A stretch of 64,000 nucleotides of DNA from the NCBI RefSeq assembly GCF_001447785.1, contig NW_015172101.1, positions 129,939 to 193,938 of the forward strand. Reading direction: 5' to 3'. The notes below the pieces were generated by a model. That model was given only the letters and a program-made list of their open reading frames with translations. It did no database searches and was not told the origin of the DNA. This document shows positions 1 through 60,682 of this stretch, one piece after another (position 1 is the stretch's first letter; the number at the start of each line of letters is the position of its first letter). The position numbers and the translations under genes were made by a program. The DNA comes from Gekko japonicus (taxonomy: Eukaryota).

Positions 1-649
1 TTCAGTTACCAACCTGCAGCCTGGCCTCCTGCCTTCTACAGGTAGTTCTGGATCCCTCCAAGGATCCCTTCCCACTGCTGCCTTCCCTGATCTCCAAGGG
101 CTCTCTCTGCCTGTGGGCAATCTGCAGCAAGAGCCTCCTGGCCTCTCTGAGGGTTGCAGGATGACTCCCCCCTCCCAGGCTGGCTGGAGCATTTATATCT
201 TCTGACTCTGCCCCCTGGCTTTCCCGCACTTTTTGGCCATAGAGGCATCTGGGATTTGTAGGCCTACCCTGGAATTTTGCCCTACTTCCCTGGGTGGGTG
301 GCCATTTTAACTAAACTAAACAACCTAAACTAAAGCAAACACAAGATGGAGTCTATTCTGTCACATCCAACAAGCCAATATAGCACAACATCATTTTCCA
401 ATCTAAACATTTTCAAAAGTTTACAAACTCCCAAAATTGCCAAAAGGATTCAAAATAATTTTCTCCTAGACACATGCAATTAGGAAGCTTGAAAATGATG
501 CAAAAACATAGGTTAATAATTCACTATAATTTCTCATCTAATAATTCCAGCAGCAGCAAACACCAGGCTCCCATTCAACGATCAATACTAGCCATTTAAA
601 AGAGCCGACTGCCAAAAAATGTTATATAAAATAAATATGTAAAATTAGT

Positions 650-848
650 TGCTGTAGATTTTCTGGATTGTGTGTCCATGGTCTTGGCATTATAGAACCT
701 GACATTTCACCAGTAACTGTGACTGGCATCCTCAGAGGTATAACACAGAAAGATGGAGTACACCCTCCTCTCTTCCGCCTTGACACAGAGAGTACTCCAT
801 CTTTCTGTGTTATACCTCTGAGGGTGTTATACCTCTGAAGATGCTAGT
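650..848. mobile_element. Penelope-like inverted pseudo-LTR with degenerate hammerhead motif
   Basis: 32-bp perfect inverted repeat 730-761/792-823; minus strand 698-738 reads CCT-CTGAGGA-T-GCCAG..CTGGT-GAAA-TG-TC-AGG. Confidence 0.65.
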
Positions 849-849
849 C

Positions 850-1224
850 TTTTTTCCTACCATAGAGAACAATGGAGGGGATAGGGACAACCTGTTTGGG
901 GGCCTGTAGAATTGGACCCCCTGGTCCAATGTTCTTCAAATTTGGTTGGTGTCTTGGGGAGAGGCTCCAGCAGCTACACTGCGAGTTTGGAGCCTTTCCC
1001 TCAAACCCCCTCCAGCCATCAGAATATACCCTATGTTTTTGCCATTGACTTCAATGGCCCATAGGATATAATGGGGCCGAATTGCCACCAAAATTCGGCG
1101 GCAATTTGGCAGCAAGCCAATTCAGACCAGAGAATCTGAATCGGCCTGCAGCAGCCCGAAAGGGGTCCGAATGGGCCATTTTAGGGGGTGCATTCAATTC
1201 AGACGAACCGAATGCACATCCCTA
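850..1224 (-). mobile_element. End of a non-autonomous DNA transposon (hAT-like; terminus TAGGGATGTGCATTCGG)
   Basis: ...ccgaatgcacatcccta terminus; internal block similar to the MITE at 17202-17671. Confidence 0.5.
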
Positions 1225-3060
1225 CCCTGGAGAATCACTGTCAGTCTGAGTAGACAATACTGACCTTGATGGACCAAGGGTCTTATTTCAAGTAGAACTG
1301 TGCATGTCTTTGCTGTGTTGTGGGTTTTACCCATGACTAGAAAGTGTAACGAGATGCTACTGTAATGGTTTGAGGTCACAGATCAGCTCTAGCCTGAAAG
1401 ATATGTCTGAGAAACTTTGCATATTGTTTTGGTATTGAAAGGACTGAAGGCCCTTCTAAAAAATTTTATTCCTCCCTCAACATTCTGATTTGTAATTCTT
1501 CATCTTTTGATCCATGCTGAAAGTAAAAACAGAGTGAGTGTAATGTTTATATATAGTTAGGTGATAGTCCCAAATGAATGTTAAAAGGAGAGATGTTACC
1601 AAGCCAGACCTTTGCTGTAGGGAGCCCCAGGGACAGTGAATGCATTCTGCTAGCGCAACATTTGAAGTCTGCCCCTCCAGGCAAATGTTGCACAAACTCC
1701 CTGCCAATGACGTCTTCTCCTTGCCCATTTTCACCCTCTACATTCAACATCGTCCTCCATTTAATGTCAGAGGATGTAGTGTAATCTTAACTGGTTAGTG
1801 ATTTACCCAGGGCTCTTAACCTGAAGCTTATGTTGTTTAGACCCAAACAAAATGTGCCACTGGGCATGCATGGGTAGATCCCCAGACGCGCATTTTAGCT
1901 GCAAAAGCAGCCTCAAGGGCCCAATTTTGATCCAGGCACAGTGGGAGGGTTGGGGGTGATGGAGTAGCTCTGCTACCTTTTCATTTTCTCAATCAGAAAT
2001 AGTCCCTCCTCTGTTATTAAGCCATGGGAGGGACAAAAGACAGATCCCTCTGTCATGTGTAGCTTAGCCCAACAGTCATTTGTACAGCAGCTGATCTCTT
2101 GTAAGGTATTCTCCCTGGAAAAAAGAAACTCCATTCTAACAAATCTGAGCTATGATGCAATGCAAGGTTAGACACACTTAAGTGAATTGATTTCAGGGGG
2201 CTTACGTGTGCCTAACTCTCTGTGCTATATTGTGGCCCTTGAGTGACTCATAGCATTGTTCACGAACCTTTGTGAAAAAATTAATATTGTTATAGCACTT
2301 CAGATTAAATGACCAGAACAAAAGCAAGCTATAATGCAAGTTGTTAAATAAAATTAAAAAGAGGCAGGGAAGTAGATCAGACAAAAGATCAATAGATACC
2401 ACCCAGAGATGTGTAACTCTCAGGTCTGACTGTACCCAATGCTTTTAAATTGCTGCTATCATTTCTATTAGCTAGATTTTTCAAGTAAATGAATGGGTAA
2501 TGCAAGAGAATTGAACAGCAAGTATATGAATTTTAAAAAGGCAAATAGAGAAGCACAGAAATATATCTCAGACTTTAAAATCTTGGATTATGCCTCCATT
2601 CTTCTCTTCTGTCTCTGCTTTTTAAATTTTATATGAGTTGCTTTTAGCAAAGCGAAGTGAGTTTGTAATGTGGTGCAGGTGGTAGAGCTATGCATAGCAC
2701 AGTAGCAATTTTAGTTGGTCTGATGAGCACTACTAACTATCAAATTTCATGGTCCCAGTGTTTTGGCTCAAAAATCCTGTTTTGTTTTGGCTTATTCCTT
2801 ATGCAAATTAAAACAGTGAGTCTTATAATTATTTTAAACTTACAACTGTATAAATTGCAGTGAATCAATCAAATTGGAAACACTGGCAGCAAAAATAAGC
2901 AAAACTCATAACAATGACGTAGAAGAATAAACAAAAAATGGGCATATTCATACATCCCTTCCCCAGGTCATTTAATTGGACTTGGTAGTATCACTTCACT
3001 TGAACTGGATGCAGGAGTTTATGCTATTATTACTCAGCTTCTATGCTATTATTACCCAGA

Positions 3061-6000
3061 TTGTTGTTGTTCAGTCGCACAGTCGAGTCCGACTGTTCGC
3101 GACCCCAGGGACCATCTCCCGCCAGGCCCTCCTGTCTTCCGCCATCCTCTGAAGTTGGCTCAATTTCATGTTCGTTGCATCGATGACACTGTCTAACCAT
3201 CTCATCCTTTGCCGTCCCCGTCTTCTTTGACCTTCAATCTTTCCCAGCATCAGGGTCTTCTCCAGTGAGTGCTCCCTTCTCATTTGGTGGCCAAAGTATT
3301 TGAGCTTCAGTTTCATTATCTGGCCTTCCAGGGAACAGTCAGGGTTGATTTCTTTGAGGATTGACTGATTTGATCTCCTTGCAGTCCAAGGAACTCTCAA
3401 GAGTCTTCTCCAGCACCATAGTTCAAAAGAATCTATTCTTCGGCGCTCGGCCTTCCTTATAGTCCAACTCTCGCAGCCATACATGACTACTGGGAATACC
3501 ATTGCTTGGACCATGCAGACTTTTGTTGGCAGGGTGATGTCTCTACTTTTTATCATGCTGTTTAGGTTCACCATCGCTTTCCTCCCAAGGAGCAGGCGTC
3601 TTTTAATTTCATGGCTGCAGTCACAGTCTGCGGTGATCTGGGATCCCAGGAACGTGAAGTCTGTCACTACTTCCACAGCTTCCCCTTCTATTTGCCAAGG
3701 AGTGATGGGGCCGGATGCCATGATCTTAGTTTTTTTGATGTTGAGCTTCAAGCCCACTTTTGCGCTCTCCTCTTTTACCCTGAGCAAGAGGCTCTTTAGG
3801 TCCTCTTCACTTTCTGCCATTAGAGTGGTATCGTCTGCATATCTGAGGTTGTTGATCTTTTCCCCAGCAATCTTAATTCCCGCTTGTGATTCATCCAGGC
3901 CAGCATTTCGCATGATGTACTCTGCATATATATTAAATAAGCAAGGTGACAGTATACATCCTTGTCGTACTCCTTTTCCTATGCTGAACCAATCAGTTGT
4001 TCCGTATCCGGTTCTAACTGTCGCTTCTTGGCCCTTATACAGGTTTCTCAAGAGACATGTGAGGTGGTCTGGTACTCCCATCTCTTTAAGGACCTGCCAT
4101 AGTTTGTTGTGATCCACACAGTCAAAAGCTTTAGCATAGTCAATGAAGCAGAAGTAGATATTTTTCTGGTACTCTCTTGCTTTCTCCATAATCCAGCGAA
4201 TGTTGGCAATTTGATCTCTAGTTCCTCTACCTCTTCGAAACCCAGCTTGTACTTCTGGTAGTTCTCTATCCACGTACTGTTGAAGCCTAGCTTGTAGGAT
4301 CTTGAGCATGACCTTGCTAGCGTGTGATATGAGTGCAATTGTGCGATAGTTTGAACATTCCTTGGCATTGCCCTTCTTTGGGATTGGAATGTATACTGAT
4401 CTTTTCCAATCCTGTGGCCACTGTTGCGTTTTCCAAATTTGCTGGCAAATGGAGTGCAGAACTTTAACAGCATCATCTTCTAAGACTTTGAATAGCTCAG
4501 CTGGAATACCATCACCTCCACTAGCTTTGTTGTTAGTAATGCTTTCTAAGGCCCATTTAACTTCACATTCCAGGATGTCTGGCTCGAGGTCAGTGATTAT
4601 ACCGTCGTGGTTGTCAAGGACATCGAGGTCTTTCTTGTATAGTTCTTCTGTGTATTCTTGCCATCTTTTCCTAATCTCTTCTGCTTCTGTTAGGTCCCTA
4701 CCGTTTTTGTCCTTTATCATGGCCAGCTTTGCATGGAACGCTCCCTTGATTTCTCCAATTTTCTTGAAGAGATCTCTAGTCCTTCCCATTCTATTGTTTT
4801 CTTCTATTACTTTGCACTGTTCATTCAGGAAGGCCTCCTTATCTCTCCTTGCTGTTCTCTGGAAATCTGCGTTCAGTTGGGTAAATCTTTCCTTTTCGCC
4901 TTTGCCTTTCGCTTTCCTTCTTTCCTCTGCTATTTGTAAAGCCTCATCAGAAAGCCACTTTGCTTTCTTACATTTCTTTTTCTTTGGGATGGTGGTGATT
5001 GCTGCCTCCTGTACGATGTCACGAACCTCTGTCCATAGTTCTTCAGGCACTCTATCTATCAAATCCAGACCCTTGAATCTATTCTTCACCTCTACTGTAT
5101 ATTCATCAGGGATGCGATCTAGGTCAAACCTGAATGGCCTCGTGGTTTTCCCAATTTTCTTCAGTTTAAGTCTGAATTTTGCAATGAGTAGCTCATGATC
5201 TGAACCACAGTCAGCTCCAGGTCTTGTTTTTACTGACTGGATAGAGCTTCTCCATCTTTGACTGCAAATTATATAGTCAATCTGATTTCGGTGTTGCCCA
5301 TCTGGTGATGTCCATGTGTAGAGTCGCCTCTTAGGTTGTTGGAAAAGGGTGTTCGCTATGACCAGTGTGTTCTCTTGACAAAACTCTGTTAACCTTTGCC
5401 CTGCTTCATTTTGCTTTCCAAGGCCAAACTTGTCTGTTATTCCAGTTACCTTTTGACTTCCTACTTTAGCATTCCAGTCCCCTATGATGATGAGGACATC
5501 ATTTTTTGGTGTTAGTTCTAGGAGGTGTTGTAGGTCTTCATAGAACCGGTCCACTTCAGCCTCTTCTGCATCAGTGGTTGGGGCATACACTTGAATTACT
5601 GTGATGTTGAATGGTTTGCCTTGGAATCGGACAGAAATCATTCTGTCATTTTTGAGATTGTATCCCAGTACTGCCTTTTGCACTCTCTTGTTGACTATAA
5701 AGGCCACACCATTTTTTCTACGAGATTCCTGGCCACAGTAGTAGATATAATGGTCTTCTGAGTTAAATTCGCCCATTCCTGTCCACTTTAGTTCACTGAT
5801 TCCTAGGATATCGATGTTCAGTCTTGCCATCTCATTTTTGACCACGTCAAGCTTACCTTGATTCATAGATCTTACATTCCAGGTTCCTATGCAGTATTGT
5901 TCTTTGCAGCATCGGACTTTCCTTTCACCATCAGACACATCCACAACTGAGCGTCCTTTCGGCTTTGGCCCAGCCGCTTCACTCTTTCTGGGGTTACTTG

Positions 6001-6279
6001 TACTTGTCCTCTGCTCTTCCTCAGTAGCATATTGGACACCTTCCGACCTGAGGGGCTCATCTTCCGGCGTCATATCTTTTAGCCTTTTGATACTGTCCAT
6101 GGGGTTTTCTTGGCAAAAATACTGGAGTGGGTTGCCATTTCCTTCTCCAGGTGGATCACGCTTGGTCTGAGTTCTCTGCTGTGGCCTGTCCGTCTTGGGT
6201 GGCCCTTCACGGCATAGCCCACAGCTTCATTGAACTGCGCAAGCCCCCTCGCCACGACAAGGCAGTGATCCATGAGGGG
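3061..6279 (-). mobile_element. Full-length RTE-BovB LINE
   Basis: ~3.2 kb; (CAA)n tail at 3061-3070; BovB-type 5' UTR motif GGAGAAGGAAATGGCAACCCACTCCAGTATT; single long ORF. Confidence 0.93.
3071..6100 (-). CDS. BovB ORF: APE endonuclease + reverse transcriptase (1009 aa), uninterrupted
   Basis: EN motifs GTWNVRSM, GISELKW, QVYAPT, IGDWNAK, NQIDY, SDHEL; RT motifs QAGFRRGRGT, FIDYAKAFD, GVRQGCILSP, LRYADD. Confidence 0.95.
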   Translation of the reverse strand: MDSIKRLKDMTPEDEPLRSEGVQYATEEEQRTSTSNPRKSEAAGPKPKGRSVVDVSDGERKVRCCKEQYCIGTWNVRSMNQGKLDVVKNEMARLNIDILGISELKWTGMGEFNSEDHYIYYCGQESRRKNGVAFIVNKRVQKAVLGYNLKNDRMISVRFQGKPFNITVIQVYAPTTDAEEAEVDRFYEDLQHLLELTPKNDVLIIIGDWNAKVGSQKVTGITDKFGLGKQNEAGQRLTEFCQENTLVIANTLFQQPKRRLYTWTSPDGQHRNQIDYIICSQRWRSSIQSVKTRPGADCGSDHELLIAKFRLKLKKIGKTTRPFRFDLDRIPDEYTVEVKNRFKGLDLIDRVPEELWTEVRDIVQEAAITTIPKKKKCKKAKWLSDEALQIAEERRKAKGKGEKERFTQLNADFQRTARRDKEAFLNEQCKVIEENNRMGRTRDLFKKIGEIKGAFHAKLAMIKDKNGRDLTEAEEIRKRWQEYTEELYKKDLDVLDNHDGIITDLEPDILECEVKWALESITNNKASGGDGIPAELFKVLEDDAVKVLHSICQQIWKTQQWPQDWKRSVYIPIPKKGNAKECSNYRTIALISHASKVMLKILQARLQQYVDRELPEVQAGFRRGRGTRDQIANIRWIMEKAREYQKNIYFCFIDYAKAFDCVDHNKLWQVLKEMGVPDHLTCLLRNLYKGQEATVRTGYGTTDWFSIGKGVRQGCILSPCLFNIYAEYIMRNAGLDESQAGIKIAGEKINNLRYADDTTLMAESEEDLKSLLLRVKEESAKVGLKLNIKKTKIMASGPITPWQIEGEAVEVVTDFTFLGSQITADCDCSHEIKRRLLLGRKAMVNLNSMIKSRDITLPTKVCMVQAMVFPVVMYGCESWTIRKAERRRIDSFELWCWRRLLRVPWTARRSNQSILKEINPDCSLEGQIMKLKLKYFGHQMRREHSLEKTLMLGKIEGQRRRGRQRMRWLDSVIDATNMKLSQLQRMAEDRRAWREMVPGVANSRTRLCD

Positions 6280-6314
6280 CCACAAGTGATGGGCCACTAC
6301 ATAAAAGTGCCTAA

Positions 6315-6572
6315 CATCTGGTGACACTCTGGACAAAACTCTATGGTAGAATTAGCTTCAAACCATAGAGTTTTGCCCCCAAAACAGAGTGTAGCCCCCA
6401 CGATGTCACCAATATGTGTATGTCACTTTCGGGTGATGTAGGCACGTCACTGACATCCCTGACGTGTACGTCACCTGGAGGGGGCATAGGAACGTCACGC
6501 TTCTTCCCTCCCCTCTCTTCGAGCCTCCTTGTAAGTCCACCGCCGGCTTGTGGGCCAGACTTGGCAACCCTA
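6315..6572. mobile_element. hAT MITE fragment (TGGCAACCCTA terminus), same family as 39394-39765
   Basis: Shared aaaactctatggta/accatagagttttgc inverted core and TIR. Confidence 0.6.
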
Positions 6573-6599
6573 CTTTTCTCGTAGGGCTTGGTCCCCAGG

Positions 6600-7022
6600 C
6601 CCCTGATCATCCTTGATCCCGGTCAAACGAGCGGGATGATCCACTGCCAAAAGGAGGCAAATTAGAGCCGGAGCAAAAAGAACCGCGGGAGTGCAATCTG
6701 ACGTGCCCCCACGGCTCTATGCTCTGGCAGCTGATCAAATGTTGTGCAGCAAACCGGCAGTAGCACAGTTGTGCGCATGCGTGGGATGGGGAACGGCGCT
6801 GGCTGCGACGGGCTACCAGCGCTTCCCCGACCAGACGCCTGGAGTTGCCGCACATCATCCGGAAGGTAGTGCTCTGTTGCTAGTACCTTTTAAATGTGCA
6901 TTTTCGGGCCGAAGGGACGGATCGGGGATGGGTGCGTGATGCTTCCCAGATGTTGCGGTGTGCTTGATGCGCCCCCGATCTGTCCCTCTTGCGGGGCAAA
7001 TCCTCCTGTGTGACCGGGGCCC
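6600..7022 (-). mobile_element. GC-rich non-autonomous DNA transposon fragment (PIF/Harbinger-like terminus GGCCCCGGTCACAC)
   Basis: Homologous to 25655-25950 and 20506-20638 (caacatctgggaagc, ccccgatccgtcccttc); CpG-rich. Confidence 0.55.
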
Positions 7023-7555
7023 TCATTGCTCTCTTCTGTTTGGAGGCTAAGGCCTTCTACGGCTGTTACCTGCTAGCACTGAAACCTCTGAATATGGAGG
7101 TTCTCATTAGTCACTATGGCTAGTAGTTATTGACAGACCACTCCTCCGTGAATCTCTCTAACCCACCTTTAAAGCCACCTGTGCACAGGGTCATCACTAT
7201 ATCCACTACTAACTCCAAACCAGTGGCACCAATGGTCCAAACAAGATAGGACCAGGCCAGACAGGACTCTGAAAGAATATTCAACCCCTTGCCTTGCTTT
7301 CATCTAACAGGGGGGGGGGAACCTTACTCCCCCAATACCTTGGTAAATTTTTTCCTCCCTATTTCTTTCTTTCTTTCTTTTTGCCCAAGGAACTTTTCAA
7401 AGAGTCGGGAGAGATAAGAGGAAGCAGGCAGGCATCTATCACATGTCATCCTTATCAGTTCTAGAATGGCTGCTTGCTTAACAAGACTGAAGGAGATTCA
7501 TTTTTTCCCAGCAGGCTGCCAAGGTGGGTGGAAGTCAAAACCGTATTCATTAACC

Positions 7556-7644
7556 NNNNNNNNNNNNNNNNNNNNNNNNNNNNNNNNNNNNNNNNNNNNN
7601 NNNNNNNNNNNNNNNNNNNNNNNNNNNNNNNNNNNNNNNNNNNN
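7556..7644. other. Assembly gap (N run)
   Basis: 89 N. Confidence 1.
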
Positions 7645-8254
7645 CCGGTCTTGGACTCTGCCCGCCCGGCTTCGTTTTAAACTTTCTCTGCTGGGCCGCC
7701 ATCTTTCCATTTTGTTTACAATTTCTGCTGCTTTCCCACAATTCGGAAAAACTCACGAAACGACTTCACAAATCAGATAAGTCTCTCAAAACACTTTCAG
7801 TTTACTTCCTCCCCTCTCCCCTTTCGTGTCCGTAAACCGCTCATTCGCAAAAGAGGCGTCCCTCTTTGCAGTCTCTGTTTCCAATCATGGAGGGGGGGAT
7901 CGCTTTTCAAACTAATCCGTTTTATTCAGAACTCACGTTCATTGTCGGTCAGTTTATCTGACCACACTCGGTTTTACGCCATTCCGCTCGATCTCCGGCA
8001 CTTGTCCCGGTCAGTCCAGCTTGTGCCCGAAGGCCACTCAGTGACTGGACCATTGGGGTGGAGGGGAGCCTCAATTCTCCGGCATTACGCCATTGAAGAG
8101 GCTACCCCTCAAAAGCCCCCTGGCCTGGAGCCTATCGCAAAGGCTCCACGGGGGTGTCCCTTGAGGTGGCACCCCTCCAGGCCGCTGGTGTGCGATTCAC
8201 CCTCCTCCGTTGTGAGGAGAGCGTCCGCCATCGCTGTTCCATCGACCGGGAGTC
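7645..8254 (-). mobile_element. 5' UTR and ORF1 start of the ORF1-only L1-like element (copy 1, cut by gap)
   Basis: Shares caattctccggcat..gccatYgaagagg..cccctcaaaagccccctggc with copies 2 and 3; ORF begins MAAQQRK at gccatctt. Confidence 0.75.
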
Positions 8255-8314
8255 GTCCCAAATGTTTTTGGTGGTTTTACTGTATCAACTAAAAAATAAG
8301 ACTTACAAAAAACC

Positions 8315-9550
8315 CTTTATTTATTTATTTAAATTTATATCCTGCACCTCCCCACCAAGGCAGGTTCAGGGCGGCTTACAGTATACACATATAAATATAT
8401 ATGTTAAAACACTAAAATATGATAAAACACATGTAATTAAAATCACAAGATATAAAATCATACCCATGCAAAAGAAATGTTAATAGCAGATGGTTGCTTA
8501 CCCCCATAGTTCAGGCTCCTTCCAGGCTATTGGTGCTGATGATGATGTCAGGGCCAGGGCCAAGATATTAAGGGTGGCACCCTAATTGAAAGCCTAGTGG
8601 AAGAACTCCATTTTGCAGGCCCTGCGGAACTGTAAAAGGTCCCACAGGGCCCTGATGTCATCCGGGAGCTCATTCCACCAGTATGGAGCTAGCACAGAGA
8701 AGGCCCTGGCCCTTGTTGCAGCCAGCTTGGCTTCCTTGGGGCCTGGAAAGGCCAGACGGTTTTGAGACCCCAACCTCAGTGCTCTCTGGGGAACATATGG
8801 GGAAAGGTAGTCCCTCAGGTAGGCAGGCCCCAGACGATATAGGGCTTAAAGGTCAAAAACAGCACCTTGAAGCAAATCCATTATGCTATTGGCAGCCAGC
8901 GTAGTACCTTCAGTGCAGGCTGGATATGCTCCCACACAGGGAGACACAACAGCCTTGCCACTGCATTCTGCACCAGCTACAGCTTCCAGATTTGAGACAA
9001 GGGCAGCCCCATGTAGAGAGCATTACAGTAATCCAATCTCGAGGTGACCATTGCATGGATCACTGTTGCCAGATCATTGTGTTCAATAAGGGAACCAACT
9101 GCCCGAACAGCCATAGATGTTAAAAGGCCAACTTGGCAGTGGCTGCTACCTGGGCCTCCGTCGTTAAGGAGGCATCCAGGAGCACTCCCAAACTCCTAAC
9201 CTCTGGTACTGGCACCAACGGTGCCACATCGAAGGTCGGGAGAGGGATCCCTAAACTTGGCCCGCTCCAACTCAGGCACAGGACCTCCATCTTCATTGGA
9301 TTCAATTTCAATCGACTCAGTCTTAACCAACCAGCCACAGCTTTCAACGCCAGATCCAGATCTCCTGGATTAGAGTCTGACTGGCCATCCAACAACAGAT
9401 AGAGCTGGGTGTCATCAGCATACTGGTGACAACCCAGTCCGTACCTCTGGGCAAGGGGGCGTATATAGATGTTAAAATAGCATTGGGGAAAGCACCACTC
9501 CTTGGGGCACCCCGCATATTAGCAGGCGCCTTCCGGATAGCTGTTCCCCA
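8315..9550 (-). mobile_element. 5'-truncated L2 (CR1/L2 group) LINE, RT C-terminal part + 3' tail
   Basis: HQYADDTQLYL and LKLNP..EVL motifs; (TAAA)n tail at 8315-8330. Confidence 0.85.
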
Positions 9551-10035
9551 ATTAGGGGGACTTTTAAAAGGGAGGGGGACATCTTTAGTTTGCAGACAAA
9601 TTCATTACTATGTAAACTTGCCCCTGTTTTATTACTGTTGAGTGGGTGCATGCAGAGAAAGGCAAGAAGGTTTACTTTTCATTAGCAGGCCAGAAGTGCT
9701 GCCAGGTGTCTTATTTCCTTCCACACTTTGTGGTTGGTTCAAAAAGCATGGTGGGGAGAGGGAGAGAGAGCAAAAGTGCAAAAGAGGCAAGCATCCTATC
9801 AGACGGTGAGGAAACTTCAAGCAGCCTGCATGACCCAGTGTCCCATATATGGAAAGGCTTTTCTGGGACTGTTTGGGGGAAGGAAGGAGGGAGGGAGGAA
9901 AGAAAGAAAGAAAGCCAACCTGCCCTGCCCTGTGGAGAGTGGAAGTAAGAAAAGGGCCCATAGAGTCTACAGGCATGAGGGAGGGGGTGAGGGAAAAAAA
10001 CAGCTCTGCTTCATACCCATCCAGTAACCCTTGCG

Positions 10036-10477
10036 TAGGGTTCCCCAGTCCCTCCGGCCACCGGTGGGGGATACGAGGGTAGGGTTGCCAGATCAAGGTT
10101 AAAAACTAACAAAATTTGTGGTAGGGTAGGAGCTTTTGTGAGTCACCGCTCAATTCTTCAGATATTGAGCAGTGACTCATGAAAGCTCATATGCAGCCAC
10201 AAAGTTCTTTAGTCTTTAAGGTGCTACTGGACTCTTAATCTTTTCTAGTGCTACAGACAGACTAACACAGCTACCCATCTTGATCTAGATCCAGGTTAGG
10301 AAACTCCTGGAGATTTGGGGGGTTGAGCCTGGAGGGACAGGGACCTCAATGGAATACAATGCCATAGAATCCACCCTCCAAAGCGTCCATTTTCTGAAGG
10401 GGAACTGATCTCTGTAGTCTGGAGATGAGCTGTAATTCCAGGGATCCCCAAGTCCCACCTGGAGGCTGGCATCCCTA
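10036..10477 (+). mobile_element. hAT MITE (TAGGGTTGCCA type) with nested Penelope-like palindromic pLTR at ~10101-10287
   Basis: Termini tagggtt.../...ggcatcccta; insert flanked by agatcaaggtt/agatccaggtt. Confidence 0.6.
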
Positions 10478-10773
10478 CCCCTGGGCTAACAACACTAATG
10501 CCAGCAGAGGAAAGAGGAGGAGGAGCTGGAGTTGGGTGGGGCTTGAGGGTGAGGAAGCGGCTTCAAAAGGAAGATACAGGCTGGTAGGGGAGGACACCTC
10601 ACCTGGGTGGCTAACTGATTCACCCCTTTCTGGATGAGATCATTTTAAATTCAAGGTCATCGCTTTTAGGCATTGGCCTCTCTTTTTTAAGGGGGGTTTT
10701 TGCCATATATTCCAAGCTGTCTTTCTTTTGAGTAAATACAGGTAATTTGCTAAATCCATGGCCTTTGTTTCAG

Positions 10774-60580
<49,807 letters not shown>

Positions 60581-60676
60581 AAATATCGTGTCTGTTGTGT
60601 AACCAAAGGACAGAACTGTGATGGCACAGTCTATTACTTTAGTCCAAAGCTGAGGCAGAAGAAAACAGGCATCTTA

Positions 60677-60682
60677 AATAAA
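60677..60682 (+). terminator. Probable polyadenylation signal of MYH15
   Basis: AATAAA 97 nt after the stop, followed by a U/GU-rich tract (ctgtttgactttttctatttg). Confidence 0.7.

Noticed and set aside
3020-3060. tatgctattattac repeat next to the BovB tail as a TSD
   Set aside because: Both copies are on the same side of the element; nothing matching at the 5' junction
3483-5198. Long + strand ORFs (209 aa, 278 aa)
   Set aside because: Antisense shadows of the BovB ORF; no independent protein motifs
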